Shown here in pieces: positions 8,956-17,650 of a stretch of DNA of 33,852 bases. Under the pieces are notes generated by a model. The model ran no database searches and had not been told where the DNA came from. It saw nothing but the letters and a program-made list of their open reading frames with translations. This DNA comes from a virus (lineage: Duplodnaviria > Caudoviricetes): IMG/VR virus record IMGVR_UViG_3300027865_000025, positions 1-33,852 of that record; one strand, written 5' to 3'. How positions within the stretch are numbered: position 1 is the first letter of the stretch; every line of letters begins with the position of its first letter. Position numbers and translations under genes: made by a program.

Positions 8956-8984
8956 TTGACACAGCTGTGTGTACCTCGTATCTT
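8956..8984 (+). promoter_or_regulatory. Sigma70-type promoter for the rightward operon
   Basis: TTGACA (8956-8961), 17-bp spacer, TATCTT (8979-8984); AAAGGA SD then ATG 9014. Confidence 0.7.
8959..8970. promoter_or_regulatory. Perfect 12-bp palindrome ACACAGCTGTGT, candidate operator
   Basis: Overlaps the rightward -35/spacer and the leftward -10. Confidence 0.45.
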
Positions 8985-8996
8985 GGGGCCCGTCAA
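8968..8996 (-). promoter_or_regulatory. Overlapping leftward promoter
   Basis: On the minus strand TTGACG (8996-8991), 17 bp, TACACA; weak -10 box. Confidence 0.4.
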
Positions 8997-9013
8997 CCAA
9001 AAATAAAGGAAAC

Positions 9014-10474
9014 ATGAAACCACCGATTAGCTATTATGGCGGTAAACAGCGTATGGCACATAAAATTGTGCCGTTGATACCGAAACACACTGTTTACGTG
9101 GAACCTTTCGCGGGTGGCTCGGCGATATTGTTCGCAAAACCGTGGCCCGACGTGACCAATGGGGACCACTACCGCGAAGTCATAAATGACCTAGACGGCG
9201 AGCTTGTTAATTTTTACCGTCAATTGCGCGACAACGGCCCGGAGCTATGCCGACAATTACAGTTGACGCCCTATTCTGAGGAAGAGTACAGGATCGCCAA
9301 AAATTTTGATTGTGACGATTTAGAGCGTGCTAGACGGTATTATATCAATAGTCAACAAAGTTTCGGAAACGTGTTTGGCAGGGGATGGGGGCGCGGTTTA
9401 TTCGGTAGAAATCTGTCTGTTACTTGGTTAAATAAAATAACGCGTTTACCCGAATACCTTGACCGCATGATGCCTATAGCAATAAGTAACGTCGACGCAA
9501 TAAAATGTATTCAGCAATGTGATTCGCCTCAATCGTTTTTTTACGTTGACCCACCATATCCGGGCACCGACCAAAACTATAAACATAAATATAGTATTGA
9601 GCAATTCTCCCAATTAGTCGATACGCTAGACAGTATCGACGGGTCGTTTATTTTATCTTGTTACAATGTCAAAGTATCTATTCCAGCCAATTGGGAAAAA
9701 TTTGAGTTTAGCTCTATTATGTCGGCGGCGAATGGTAAAAACCGCAAAAGCAAAAAACGAACCGAAGTAGTATACCGTAAAGTCTCAAAAGTACCCGTAA
9801 GAAAAGAACTCCAAAAACTATACGACGCAGGCAAATTCGCTTGCTTCGAACAAAAAGGAAAAATAATGGCAGAAATTAGAGTTACAGTAGACCCGACTGA
9901 TACGAATGCGTTACGTGCCGCAAGTGATCTTCTTTTGAAGATTGCAGGCGAGCCCGTTAAAGAAGTAATCGTCAACAAACCGCCCGCAATGGGCGCCACC
10001 AATGAGGTCATTATTGACCCCCCGCCGCCCCCTGATCCCGTGGCGGCGGATTGGCCGCGCCCTGTTAATGGCGTGATGGTAGATAGCGCGGGGCTTCCGT
10101 GGGATGCACGCATACACAACGGGAATAAAAAGTGTACCGCGCGGGCGGGGACTTGGATGTATCGGCGGGGTGGCGATAAAGACGCAATACCGGGCGTTGA
10201 AGCGGAGCTCCGGGCGGCAATGGCGACACCCGTCACGCCCGCGGCCGCACCCGTAGCGACCGAACCGCCGCCGCCGCCGCCGCCCGAACCCGTGGCCGTG
10301 GCGCCGATGTCATTCCCAGAATTCATTCAATATGCGGGCACTTTCGACGATAAATACCGCACCCAAGAAGGGCTAAACGAACTTTGTACGAAAGTGGGCT
10401 TACCTAGTATCGGACTATTGGCAAGCCAACCCCACAAAATACCGGAGCTTATAATATGGCTGAACACTCAATAG
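9014..10474 (+). CDS. Dam-like (D12 class) N6-adenine DNA methyltransferase, fused in frame to a Pro-rich phage protein
   Basis: ISYYGGKQ, YVEPFAGG, INDL and YVDPPY motifs in the first 284 aa; no stop before the second domain. Confidence 0.85.
   Translation: MKPPISYYGGKQRMAHKIVPLIPKHTVYVEPFAGGSAILFAKPWPDVTNGDHYREVINDLDGELVNFYRQLRDNGPELCRQLQLTPYSEEEYRIAKNFDCDDLERARRYYINSQQSFGNVFGRGWGRGLFGRNLSVTWLNKITRLPEYLDRMMPIAISNVDAIKCIQQCDSPQSFFYVDPPYPGTDQNYKHKYSIEQFSQLVDTLDSIDGSFILSCYNVKVSIPANWEKFEFSSIMSAANGKNRKSKKRTEVVYRKVSKVPVRKELQKLYDAGKFACFEQKGKIMAEIRVTVDPTDTNALRAASDLLLKIAGEPVKEVIVNKPPAMGATNEVIIDPPPPPDPVAADWPRPVNGVMVDSAGLPWDARIHNGNKKCTARAGTWMYRRGGDKDAIPGVEAELRAAMATPVTPAAAPVATEPPPPPPPEPVAVAPMSFPEFIQYAGTFDDKYRTQEGLNELCTKVGLPSIGLLASQPHKIPELIIWLNTQ
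9866..10474 (+). CDS. Pro-rich phage protein (DSAGLPWDARIH motif), probable independent in-frame start
   Basis: AAAGGA SD then ATG 9866; visible shift to higher GC. Confidence 0.6.
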   Translation: MAEIRVTVDPTDTNALRAASDLLLKIAGEPVKEVIVNKPPAMGATNEVIIDPPPPPDPVAADWPRPVNGVMVDSAGLPWDARIHNGNKKCTARAGTWMYRRGGDKDAIPGVEAELRAAMATPVTPAAAPVATEPPPPPPPEPVAVAPMSFPEFIQYAGTFDDKYRTQEGLNELCTKVGLPSIGLLASQPHKIPELIIWLNTQ

Positions 10475-11601
10475 CGGCGCCGTCAAGTAGCGGGCGTTGG
10501 GTGCATTGTGAAGGCTCGATTATGCTCGAAGCGCGAGTACCCGACACGTCCAAAAAAGACGCGGCGAATGAAGGCTTGTGTAGCCATGAATTAGCGGCCG
10601 ATTTGATCTACCATTGGGCGAATGACCGCACTTTAGACCCTGAAAACTTGCGCATCAAATACGTCGGCAAGTACAGTTTTCACGGTGTCAAAGTAACCGA
10701 TGCGATTTTCGACGGTGCACTTTTGTACGTTCGGGACGTGATAATAGTATCAACAGGTTGCGAGCACGGCAAAAACTTTGCCATAGAAGACAAACTTCAA
10801 ATCCCTAAGGTGCATGATGTGTGCTTTGGTACCTGCGATTGCTGGTACTTCAACGAAGTCACAGGGATTTTGCATATATGGGATCTAAAATACGGGTTTT
10901 TAGCCGTTGAAGCGTACGCCAATTGGCAACTACTGTGCTACGCAAGCGGTATAGTCTCAAACGGCATAAAGCCCAAATTTATAGACATACGCATTGTACA
11001 ACCCCGAAGTTATCGGCCCGGTTGGCCTGTACATACTTGGCAATTCAAGGCGGGTGACCTACAATCGTTTGAAGCTCGCCTAAACGCATCGGCCAACCGT
11101 GCCTTAGGCAATACTCCAACCGTTATGACTGGCCCCCATTGCCGCTTTTGTCGAGCGCGCTATGGATGCGGGGCGGCGAATAACGCGGCAATGTCAGCAT
11201 TTGAATACGTTGAAGTGCCCCAACTGTGTGACCTTAGCCCGGAGCAACTTGGTCGTGAACTCCAATACTTGACGCGTGCCAAGGAAGCCATTGAGTACCG
11301 TCACGCGGGAGTGTCGCAACAAATAGAATCACTCCTTAAACAGGGTAAAAACGTACCCCAATGGGAAATGCGCTCCAAAGGCTCCAAACGCGAATGGGCC
11401 ACGGGCGTTGAAGAGTTAAAAGCGATCGGGGCGTTATATGACGTGAAGGTCACAAAAGAGAAACCTATAACCGTTAAACAAGCCATCGATGCGGGCATAC
11501 CGCAAGATATGGTGGAAGCCCTAACAACCGTGAAATCCGGTAAACGTTACCTACTACCACACGATATGGAAGCCATAGGAAGGAAGTTTAAAAATGCCTA
11601 A
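10456..11601 (+). CDS. DUF2800 / Cas4-like PD-(D/E)xK exonuclease
   Basis: HSIAAPSSSGRWVHC, FGTCD, DLKYG, QLLCYA, IVQPR, HCRFCRA..C. Confidence 0.85.
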   Translation: MAEHSIAAPSSSGRWVHCEGSIMLEARVPDTSKKDAANEGLCSHELAADLIYHWANDRTLDPENLRIKYVGKYSFHGVKVTDAIFDGALLYVRDVIIVSTGCEHGKNFAIEDKLQIPKVHDVCFGTCDCWYFNEVTGILHIWDLKYGFLAVEAYANWQLLCYASGIVSNGIKPKFIDIRIVQPRSYRPGWPVHTWQFKAGDLQSFEARLNASANRALGNTPTVMTGPHCRFCRARYGCGAANNAAMSAFEYVEVPQLCDLSPEQLGRELQYLTRAKEAIEYRHAGVSQQIESLLKQGKNVPQWEMRSKGSKREWATGVEELKAIGALYDVKVTKEKPITVKQAIDAGIPQDMVEALTTVKSGKRYLLPHDMEAIGRKFKNA

Positions 11602-12544
11602 AGAACGAAAAGAGTTTTGTACGCCGATAGGGCGTTTAGTTGCGGGATCATGTTTTGAAGCCCAAACAAAAGACCACGACGGGGCGCCGCTTGTCATCAA
11701 ACGCGGACCCAATGCAGGTCAACCAACAATTCGTTATTTCATGGGGTTGGCGATACCCAAAACAGACCCCGGGTTACCCGCATTAATGGCCACAATACAA
11801 GAGGCGGCGCGGTTATCATTTCCGACATTATTCGACGCCAACGGGCAAGTACAGCGGCCAGACTTCGCGTGGAAGTATAAAGACGGCGATTCAACGGCCG
11901 TCGATAAAAAAGGGCGCCGACATTGCGACCATGAAGGTTATCCGGGTAATATCGTGTTTGGTTTTTCGGGTAGTTTTGCCCCGAAGTGCTACGGCCAAGA
12001 CGCTTCCCGCGTACTAACCGATCCCCAAAGTATCAAACGGGGTTTCTACGTTCGCATCCTTGGGAGCGCGGTCGGTAATGAAGAGCAAAGCAACCCGGGC
12101 GTCTATCTCAACTATAATGCAATTCAGTTTGTGGCCTTCGGTGAAGAAATGCAAGCGGGTCCCGACGCTACGGCCGCATTTAACGCCCTACCCGTGGCCG
12201 CCCTACCCATGGGCGCAAGCGCCACGCCCTTGGCGCCCAGTGGCATGCCCGCCTTGACCGGCATGCCCGCAATGAGCGCGCCACCCGTGACAGGGGCCGT
12301 TACTATTCCAGGGTTGCCGGGCTCAATACCCACGGCGGGTGCCCCCATACAAATGCCGGGCTCAATATCCGCGCCAATGTTTGCAGGCGTGACGCCCGAT
12401 CCAAGCTTCACCGCTCCGCCGCCCGCGCCACCCGCTCCGGGCCCGGAGCTCATAACTATCCAAGGGGTTGCATATACTCGCGATCAACTCGTGACGGTTG
12501 GTTACAATGACGCTCAAATTGAAGCCGCCAAGAGGGGCGTGTGA
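11594..12544 (+). CDS. Single-stranded DNA-binding protein (DUF2815 / gp2.5-like)
   Basis: TPIGRL, WKYKDGD, GYPG, GFYVR, PGVYLN..IQFV..GE; position between exonuclease and PolA. Confidence 0.75.
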   Translation: MPKERKEFCTPIGRLVAGSCFEAQTKDHDGAPLVIKRGPNAGQPTIRYFMGLAIPKTDPGLPALMATIQEAARLSFPTLFDANGQVQRPDFAWKYKDGDSTAVDKKGRRHCDHEGYPGNIVFGFSGSFAPKCYGQDASRVLTDPQSIKRGFYVRILGSAVGNEEQSNPGVYLNYNAIQFVAFGEEMQAGPDATAAFNALPVAALPMGASATPLAPSGMPALTGMPAMSAPPVTGAVTIPGLPGSIPTAGAPIQMPGSISAPMFAGVTPDPSFTAPPPAPPAPGPELITIQGVAYTRDQLVTVGYNDAQIEAAKRGV

Positions 12545-12825
12545 TGGGTGAAGACACAAAGACGGGTATGAAGGGTCATTCGACTTACATACTTATTGAA
12601 GATTTTGATAACGAGTATTGCCTGGTAAAAGAAGACTTTGTAACCTTTATCAAACCTATGTTTAAGCCCGATGACGGTAAATTCATGGGTTATGAATTAG
12701 CGTTAAAACACGGTATTGCTCGCGATTTTGGACGAAATAAATGGTCGGTTGTGGCCCGCCATTTTATCGCAATTGGTCCGTTAATTGAATTGCTCGAAAA
12801 ACACCCGGAAATTAATGAAAGGTGA
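12544..12825 (+). CDS. Hypothetical protein
   Basis: Coupled to the SSB stop and overlapping the PolA start. Confidence 0.6.
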   Translation: MGEDTKTGMKGHSTYILIEDFDNEYCLVKEDFVTFIKPMFKPDDGKFMGYELALKHGIARDFGRNKWSVVARHFIAIGPLIELLEKHPEINER

Positions 12826-14953
12826 ATTTGACTTTGAAACCTATTCGGAAGCGGGCCGGTATTGGTGCCCGGTCCGCCTTCGATGGGTTCCTATCGCCGA
12901 GTCGACGGGTAAGCCCGGATTGCCCGCCGTGGGGACGTGCGCCTATGCGGGGCACCCTTCGACACGCCTACTTTCTCTTGCGTATGATATAGGCTCCGGG
13001 GAGCGCCTATGGACACCACATGACTCACCGCCCTATGACCTATTTTGGCACGTCAAATGCGGCGGAATACTTGAAGCGGTGAACTCGTTTTTTGAATACC
13101 AAATATGGCTCAAAGTATGTTACGGGCGTATGGGTTGGCCACCGCTACCGCTTGACCAGTTACGGGACACATCGGCCAAAGCGCGTGCTCACGGGTTACC
13201 CGGGGGGCTTGACTTAATGGCCAAAGCGGTCGAAGCGCCAATACTCAAAGACACCGATGGGGGCCGACTTTTAAAGATATTTAGCGAACCGCACAACCCG
13301 ACGAAAAAAGACCCTCGCAAGCGCATATACCCACACCAAGAACCCAAAGACGGCCCGCTCTTGTACGGGTACAACATAACCGACATCAAAGCGGAGCGCT
13401 CCGCATCCGACCGCATCCCGGAGCTACCGCCGTTTGAGCTCGAAGTGTGGAAACTAGATCAACGGGTTAACGCCCGGGGTGTGGCCATCGACTTGGAAGG
13501 GCTTGCAAATTGCCTCGAAATAGTCCGCCAATGCACCATTAAATACACACGGGAGCTTGTTACGCTCACCGCGGGCAAAGTGCAAGCGGCGGCGGAAGTG
13601 GCCACGTTTAGGGTGTGGTTGGCTACCAACGGTTTGAGCTTGCCCAATATGCAGAAAAAGACAGTTGAAGCCGCTTTGGAGCGTGACGACTTGTCGCCTC
13701 AATGTCGTCGAGCTCTTGAAATACGCTTGGCGCTCAATTCGGCCGCCGTGCTCAAACTCAAAGCCATCAAACGAAGGCTGTCACCCGATGGGCGGCTCCG
13801 GGGGCTTTTTACGTATTGCGGGGCGTCACGAACTGGACGTTGGAGCGCGGGCGGGGCGCAACCACAAAATCTAAAGTCAAGTGGCCCGAACACAATACCG
13901 GATTGGAATATAATCGAAGTCGAGACCGCCCTGGGCGTCATCGCCACGCGCTCCCTTGAACGGGTTGAGGCAAAGTATGGCAACGCACTTGAGACCGTTG
14001 GGGGGTGTGTACGGGGGCTTTTCGTGGCCGGCCCGGGGCGTGACCTTATATGTTCGGACTATTCCGCCATCGAAGCGGTCGTATTGGCAATGCTGGCCGG
14101 TGAAGAGTGGCGCATAAACGTATTTCGGACACACGGCAAAATCTATGAGATGTGCGCCTCGAAAATCACGGGCGTGCCGTTTGAGAAATTTATTGAACAC
14201 AGAAAACAAACCGGTCAACACCACAAACACCGCAAGCCGTTTGGGAAAGTGCCCGAATTGGCGAGCGGGTATCAAGGATGGATTGGAGCTTGGAAGGCGT
14301 TTGGGGCCGATAAGTATTTTAGAGATGACAGGGAAATAAAGAAAAATATCCTAAAATGGCGAGACGACTCCCCGGCAATAGTCGAATTTTGGGGCGATCA
14401 ATACCGCCGCATCGGTAAAACGTGGGATTTTATCCCGGAGCGCTACGGTGTTGAAGGCGCCGTTGTAAATGCTATAAGTAACCCCGGGAAGCGCTATGAC
14501 GTGCGCTCCCTTTCCTTTGTGGTCATCGATGACAAGTTGCTTTGCACCCTTCCAAGCGGCCGCAAGTTGACGTATCACAAGCCCCGCCTTCACCCAACGT
14601 TTCACCGCCTTGCTAAGCTCCCATCGTTCAAAATCACATATATGGGACACAATACCGATTCCACGAAGGGCGCGGTCGGTTGGGTGCGGCTCGAAAGTTG
14701 GGGCGGAAAATTTGTCGAAAATATAACCCAAGCGGTTGCCCGTGACGTGCTCGCCACGGCACTTGTACGCCTTGAACAATGCGGATACCCCGTAGTTATG
14801 CACGTGCACGATGAGCCGGTTTGTGAAGTAGTCAAGGGCTTTGGGAACATTGAAGAAATGGAAGCCATAATGATGGCGGCTATATGGTGGTGTATAGGGT
14901 GGCCAATACGTGCCGCGGGCGGTTGGCGCGGTTACAGATTTCGGAAGGACTGA
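12815..14953 (+). CDS. Family A DNA polymerase with 3'-5' exonuclease
   Basis: Exo I DFETYS; TGRWS..QPQN; motif A DYSAIEA; motif B GKVPELASGY; motif C MHVHDE. Confidence 0.93.
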   Translation: MKGEFDFETYSEAGRYWCPVRLRWVPIAESTGKPGLPAVGTCAYAGHPSTRLLSLAYDIGSGERLWTPHDSPPYDLFWHVKCGGILEAVNSFFEYQIWLKVCYGRMGWPPLPLDQLRDTSAKARAHGLPGGLDLMAKAVEAPILKDTDGGRLLKIFSEPHNPTKKDPRKRIYPHQEPKDGPLLYGYNITDIKAERSASDRIPELPPFELEVWKLDQRVNARGVAIDLEGLANCLEIVRQCTIKYTRELVTLTAGKVQAAAEVATFRVWLATNGLSLPNMQKKTVEAALERDDLSPQCRRALEIRLALNSAAVLKLKAIKRRLSPDGRLRGLFTYCGASRTGRWSAGGAQPQNLKSSGPNTIPDWNIIEVETALGVIATRSLERVEAKYGNALETVGGCVRGLFVAGPGRDLICSDYSAIEAVVLAMLAGEEWRINVFRTHGKIYEMCASKITGVPFEKFIEHRKQTGQHHKHRKPFGKVPELASGYQGWIGAWKAFGADKYFRDDREIKKNILKWRDDSPAIVEFWGDQYRRIGKTWDFIPERYGVEGAVVNAISNPGKRYDVRSLSFVVIDDKLLCTLPSGRKLTYHKPRLHPTFHRLAKLPSFKITYMGHNTDSTKGAVGWVRLESWGGKFVENITQAVARDVLATALVRLEQCGYPVVMHVHDEPVCEVVKGFGNIEEMEAIMMAAIWWCIGWPIRAAGGWRGYRFRKD

Positions 14954-15280
14954 ATGAAACAATGGATTGAGAACAAAATTATAAAGCGCGGAGAATCCAA
15001 ATATCTGAAGGGTTCTATTTGGACACTCCGCGCGGGCGCGTCTATCAAAAACATAATCGTACACTATTCCCGATGGGTCAAGGTTCAAAACGATCGATAC
15101 ATGCAAGTTTCGGTTTTGGAGCGTATCTCCAAAGACTTCCCGGAGCCCCCCAACGGGGGCATCATATGGCTTTGGGATGCATTGATTTTGAGCGGCAGAA
15201 AATACGGGTATACTTTTCGAACGTACCCACGAAATAGAATTACAACCACAAAAGAAAGGGGAAAAGATGGAAAGAAATAA
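14954..15280 (+). CDS. Hypothetical protein
   Basis: Starts immediately after the PolA stop. Confidence 0.55.
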   Translation: MKQWIENKIIKRGESKYLKGSIWTLRAGASIKNIIVHYSRWVKVQNDRYMQVSVLERISKDFPEPPNGGIIWLWDALILSGRKYGYTFRTYPRNRITTTKERGKDGKK

Positions 15281-15944
15281 CAGCGGAAAGATGCTCATTG
15301 TAACGGCGATCGGATTTGTCATAATATTAATATTGGCCGTAGCTTGGCAATGTAAAGCGGCGGAGCCAATGGGGCGGAGCGATGCGATCCTTGACCTTGT
15401 GACACCCCGCACGTCGTACCGGGGGCGTTTACCGTATAATGGAAAATATCTCAAAGCGTATAAAGATGCGGTATACCGCTCTAAATTGGTTGTGGCCTTC
15501 GAAAACGCGGCGGAAAAATTCGAAGTACCCACCAACCTTTTGATCGCCATGACCTACCGTGAAACCGTATTTCGCACCGGGCTATTGGGCCCCGCGGGTG
15601 AGCAAGGGATCTTGCAGGTTGGGAAGGATGCCCGCCGTGGGTGTCGGCGGTATTGCAAAGACTTGGACACGGTCGAAGGTGGCGTATTTTGCGGGGCTTG
15701 TTGGCTTGCCCGCGGACGGGATTGGTGTCAAGGCGATATTATCAAGGGGATCAATGCCTATGTGTCCGGCCGATGCAACCCACGCACAATTAGCGCTCAA
15801 CGGGCAACACAAAACAGGGTATGGATTTGGGGATATCTAAACGAGCTCACGGGCGGCGCGCGCGTGCCAACGCCCCGGTTTAAACAGATAGGCGTATCGG
15901 CCGCAAAAGTCACAAATAAGACACGAAAGGGGATAGTAGACTGA
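15267..15944 (+). CDS. Lytic transglycosylase (SLT-like) with N-terminal signal/TM segment
   Basis: AAEKFEVPTNLLIAMTYRET (catalytic Glu), GEQGILQV, GACWL, AYVSG; hydrophobic residues ~10-27. Confidence 0.75.
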   Translation: MERNNSGKMLIVTAIGFVIILILAVAWQCKAAEPMGRSDAILDLVTPRTSYRGRLPYNGKYLKAYKDAVYRSKLVVAFENAAEKFEVPTNLLIAMTYRETVFRTGLLGPAGEQGILQVGKDARRGCRRYCKDLDTVEGGVFCGACWLARGRDWCQGDIIKGINAYVSGRCNPRTISAQRATQNRVWIWGYLNELTGGARVPTPRFKQIGVSAAKVTNKTRKGIVD

Positions 15945-15945
15945 T

Positions 15946-16155
15946 ATGGGCGACAAAATACAACTAAACGACCTTGAAGCGGCAATGCTTATTACCAGTT
16001 TAGTGCGTTTGGTTACCACTGAAATGGACGACGAAGATGTGGGCGAAGCACTAAGAATGGCACGGGCGGCGGTAGTTTTAGCCGTAACTCAAGACCGATA
16101 CGACGCCGCCGTTACGGTATTGACAGAAGAGACAAAAGAAAGGTTGTTACACTAA
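15946..16155 (+). CDS. Hypothetical protein
   Basis: Last rightward ORF; stop overlaps the stop of the convergent gene. Confidence 0.55.
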   Translation: MGDKIQLNDLEAAMLITSLVRLVTTEMDDEDVGEALRMARAAVVLAVTQDRYDAAVTVLTEETKERLLH

Positions 16156-16538
16156 CGGCTTTGGAGCCAACTATTGATAGCGTAAATAATGGCGCTAATA
16201 ACTCCTAAAATACCCGCCGTTATACTCGCTTTTTGAGTGGGTGTGTACCGTCGCTTTGGGATGATAGACACGCGGCCCGCGGGCGTGATGGATATTTTGT
16301 GGTTTTTACGAACGTGCAAACGCAAGATGTCTCGCATTTTCGTGTCCATTTCTTGATATACCCTCAATTGCCAATTAGCTAAGTCGGTTTTGGTCGCAAA
16401 GTACCTGTGCATTTCGTCTTTGATACTGTCGCCGATTCTCTCGACTTTCGTCAAAATTGCGTCACGCTCTTCACGTATCGCAGTCTTTGCTTCGCTTTGA
16501 ATGATTCGGACTTGAGTGGTCTCTTTAAGATTGACCAT
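16152..16538 (-). CDS. Hypothetical coiled-coil protein with C-terminal TM helix
   Basis: ATG 16538 overlaps the upstream gene end; C-terminal ASITAGILGVISAIIYAI. Confidence 0.55.
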   Translation of the reverse strand: MVNLKETTQVRIIQSEAKTAIREERDAILTKVERIGDSIKDEMHRYFATKTDLANWQLRVYQEMDTKMRDILRLHVRKNHKISITPAGRVSIIPKRRYTPTQKASITAGILGVISAIIYAINSWLQSR

Positions 16539-16854
16539 TGAATAGCAGCGGGCAAAGTACGACTTCATTTGCCCGCGGTCCAAAGTGTATTGGGTTGTCA
16601 CGCCCGTATCTTTCCACGGCTTCCGAATACGTTGCCCGCTCGGCTTCATACGCCTTTTTAAGCGTCTTATGGTCCGCATAGGGCACCCGGTTATATTCGG
16701 CCACCTCCATCATTTCACGGGCAACCTTGACGGCTTTGGAGCATACATGACGGAGCGCATTTTTGCGGGTGGCCACCGGGTCAACATGTAAGACACCAAA
16801 GCGTCTCAAAACCCGCTTGCCGTCAATCTCGACATATCGTGCGGTGTTGAGCAT
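16525..16854 (-). CDS. Hypothetical protein downstream of the tail fibre (possible fibre chaperone)
   Basis: TAATG coupling to the fibre stop; function inferred from position only. Confidence 0.55.
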   Translation of the reverse strand: MLNTARYVEIDGKRVLRRFGVLHVDPVATRKNALRHVCSKAVKVAREMMEVAEYNRVPYADHKTLKKAYEAERATYSEAVERYGRDNPIHFGPRANEVVLCPLLFNGQS

Positions 16855-17636
16855 TAATACCAGATACCCCAAGAGACCATACAATTTGTCGGCCGTGTCT
16901 CATCGCCCAGGGGTAAACTAGGTGATTCGGTATAGGCATACAATCGGGTCGCACCCGCGCCCGCTTCTATTCCAACCGCCGCGCCACCCGCCGTGTTATC
17001 GGTGGTTGTTTGTAATGCGACCGGGGTCGGCAAGCTATTCGTGACCGCGTGATAATGGTTCTCAATCTCTTCGGCTTGTAAGTCCCCTTGAAACCTTGAC
17101 GCGCCATCGGGGTCAATCGTTGCGCCTTGATCCCGCCCGCGAATGAAACACCCCGTAAAATCGGGCAACACAAAATAGGTGCCTCCCGTGTCCGGTGTGG
17201 TGCCCCCCGCATCGCTTGTCTTGATAAACACAGTCGAAGCACCATTGGCGATGTCCCCAACGTAGGTGGCTTCAACGAGATCCGGGTAGTTCGCTATTAA
17301 TAAAACCGTACCGTCAAGCGGAAGCACCCGAAGGCCAAGGGAAAAAGGCGTTGCGGTTGTGCAAGTCGCTATAACCGTTCCCGGGTATCCGCAAGTTGCG
17401 CGCATCGCCTGGAAGTATTCCGAGTCGTCAACCTCATCGGGATCGCCGCTTGGCGTGATGCCCGCTTTGTCCAAAAGCTCTTGTTGAAACCCGAAAATGT
17501 CATTGACAAGATCTTCGTCCCACGGGGTACCGGTACCGTCACCGGGCACGGTTATGTTTTGAGCCGACCCGTACGGATAGGCGGCCGATGGGGCCGTAAT
17601 TTTGGTCGGCCATTTTACATACGGGTTTAGTGACAT
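16854..17636 (-). CDS. Tail fibre protein with tail-collar domain
   Basis: N-terminal YPYGSAQN..GDGTGTP..NDIFGF; collar FVLPDFTGCFIRG..DPD..Q..IENHYH; C-terminal ETRPTN. Confidence 0.82.
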   Translation of the reverse strand: MSLNPYVKWPTKITAPSAAYPYGSAQNITVPGDGTGTPWDEDLVNDIFGFQQELLDKAGITPSGDPDEVDDSEYFQAMRATCGYPGTVIATCTTATPFSLGLRVLPLDGTVLLIANYPDLVEATYVGDIANGASTVFIKTSDAGGTTPDTGGTYFVLPDFTGCFIRGRDQGATIDPDGASRFQGDLQAEEIENHYHAVTNSLPTPVALQTTTDNTAGGAAVGIEAGAGATRLYAYTESPSLPLGDETRPTNCMVSWGIWY

Positions 17637-17650
17637 TTTATTTGCTCCTT

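Noticed and set aside
8969-9013. GTG start of the 501-aa ORF
   Set aside because: It lies inside the promoter; ATG 9014 has a good SD and begins the MTase motif.
9661-10326. 221-aa Gly-rich minus-strand ORF
   Set aside because: Antisense shadow of poly-Pro codons.
14351-15550. 399-aa minus-strand ORF
   Set aside because: Antisense to PolA and two further genes, with no recognisable motifs.
16152-16155. Bidirectional terminator at the operon convergence
   Set aside because: The stop codons overlap directly and no hairpin with a U-tract is visible.
16539-16679. N-terminal extension of the 175-aa ORF
   Set aside because: Overlaps the TAATG-coupled gene 16525-16854 in another frame; ATG 16538 fits better.
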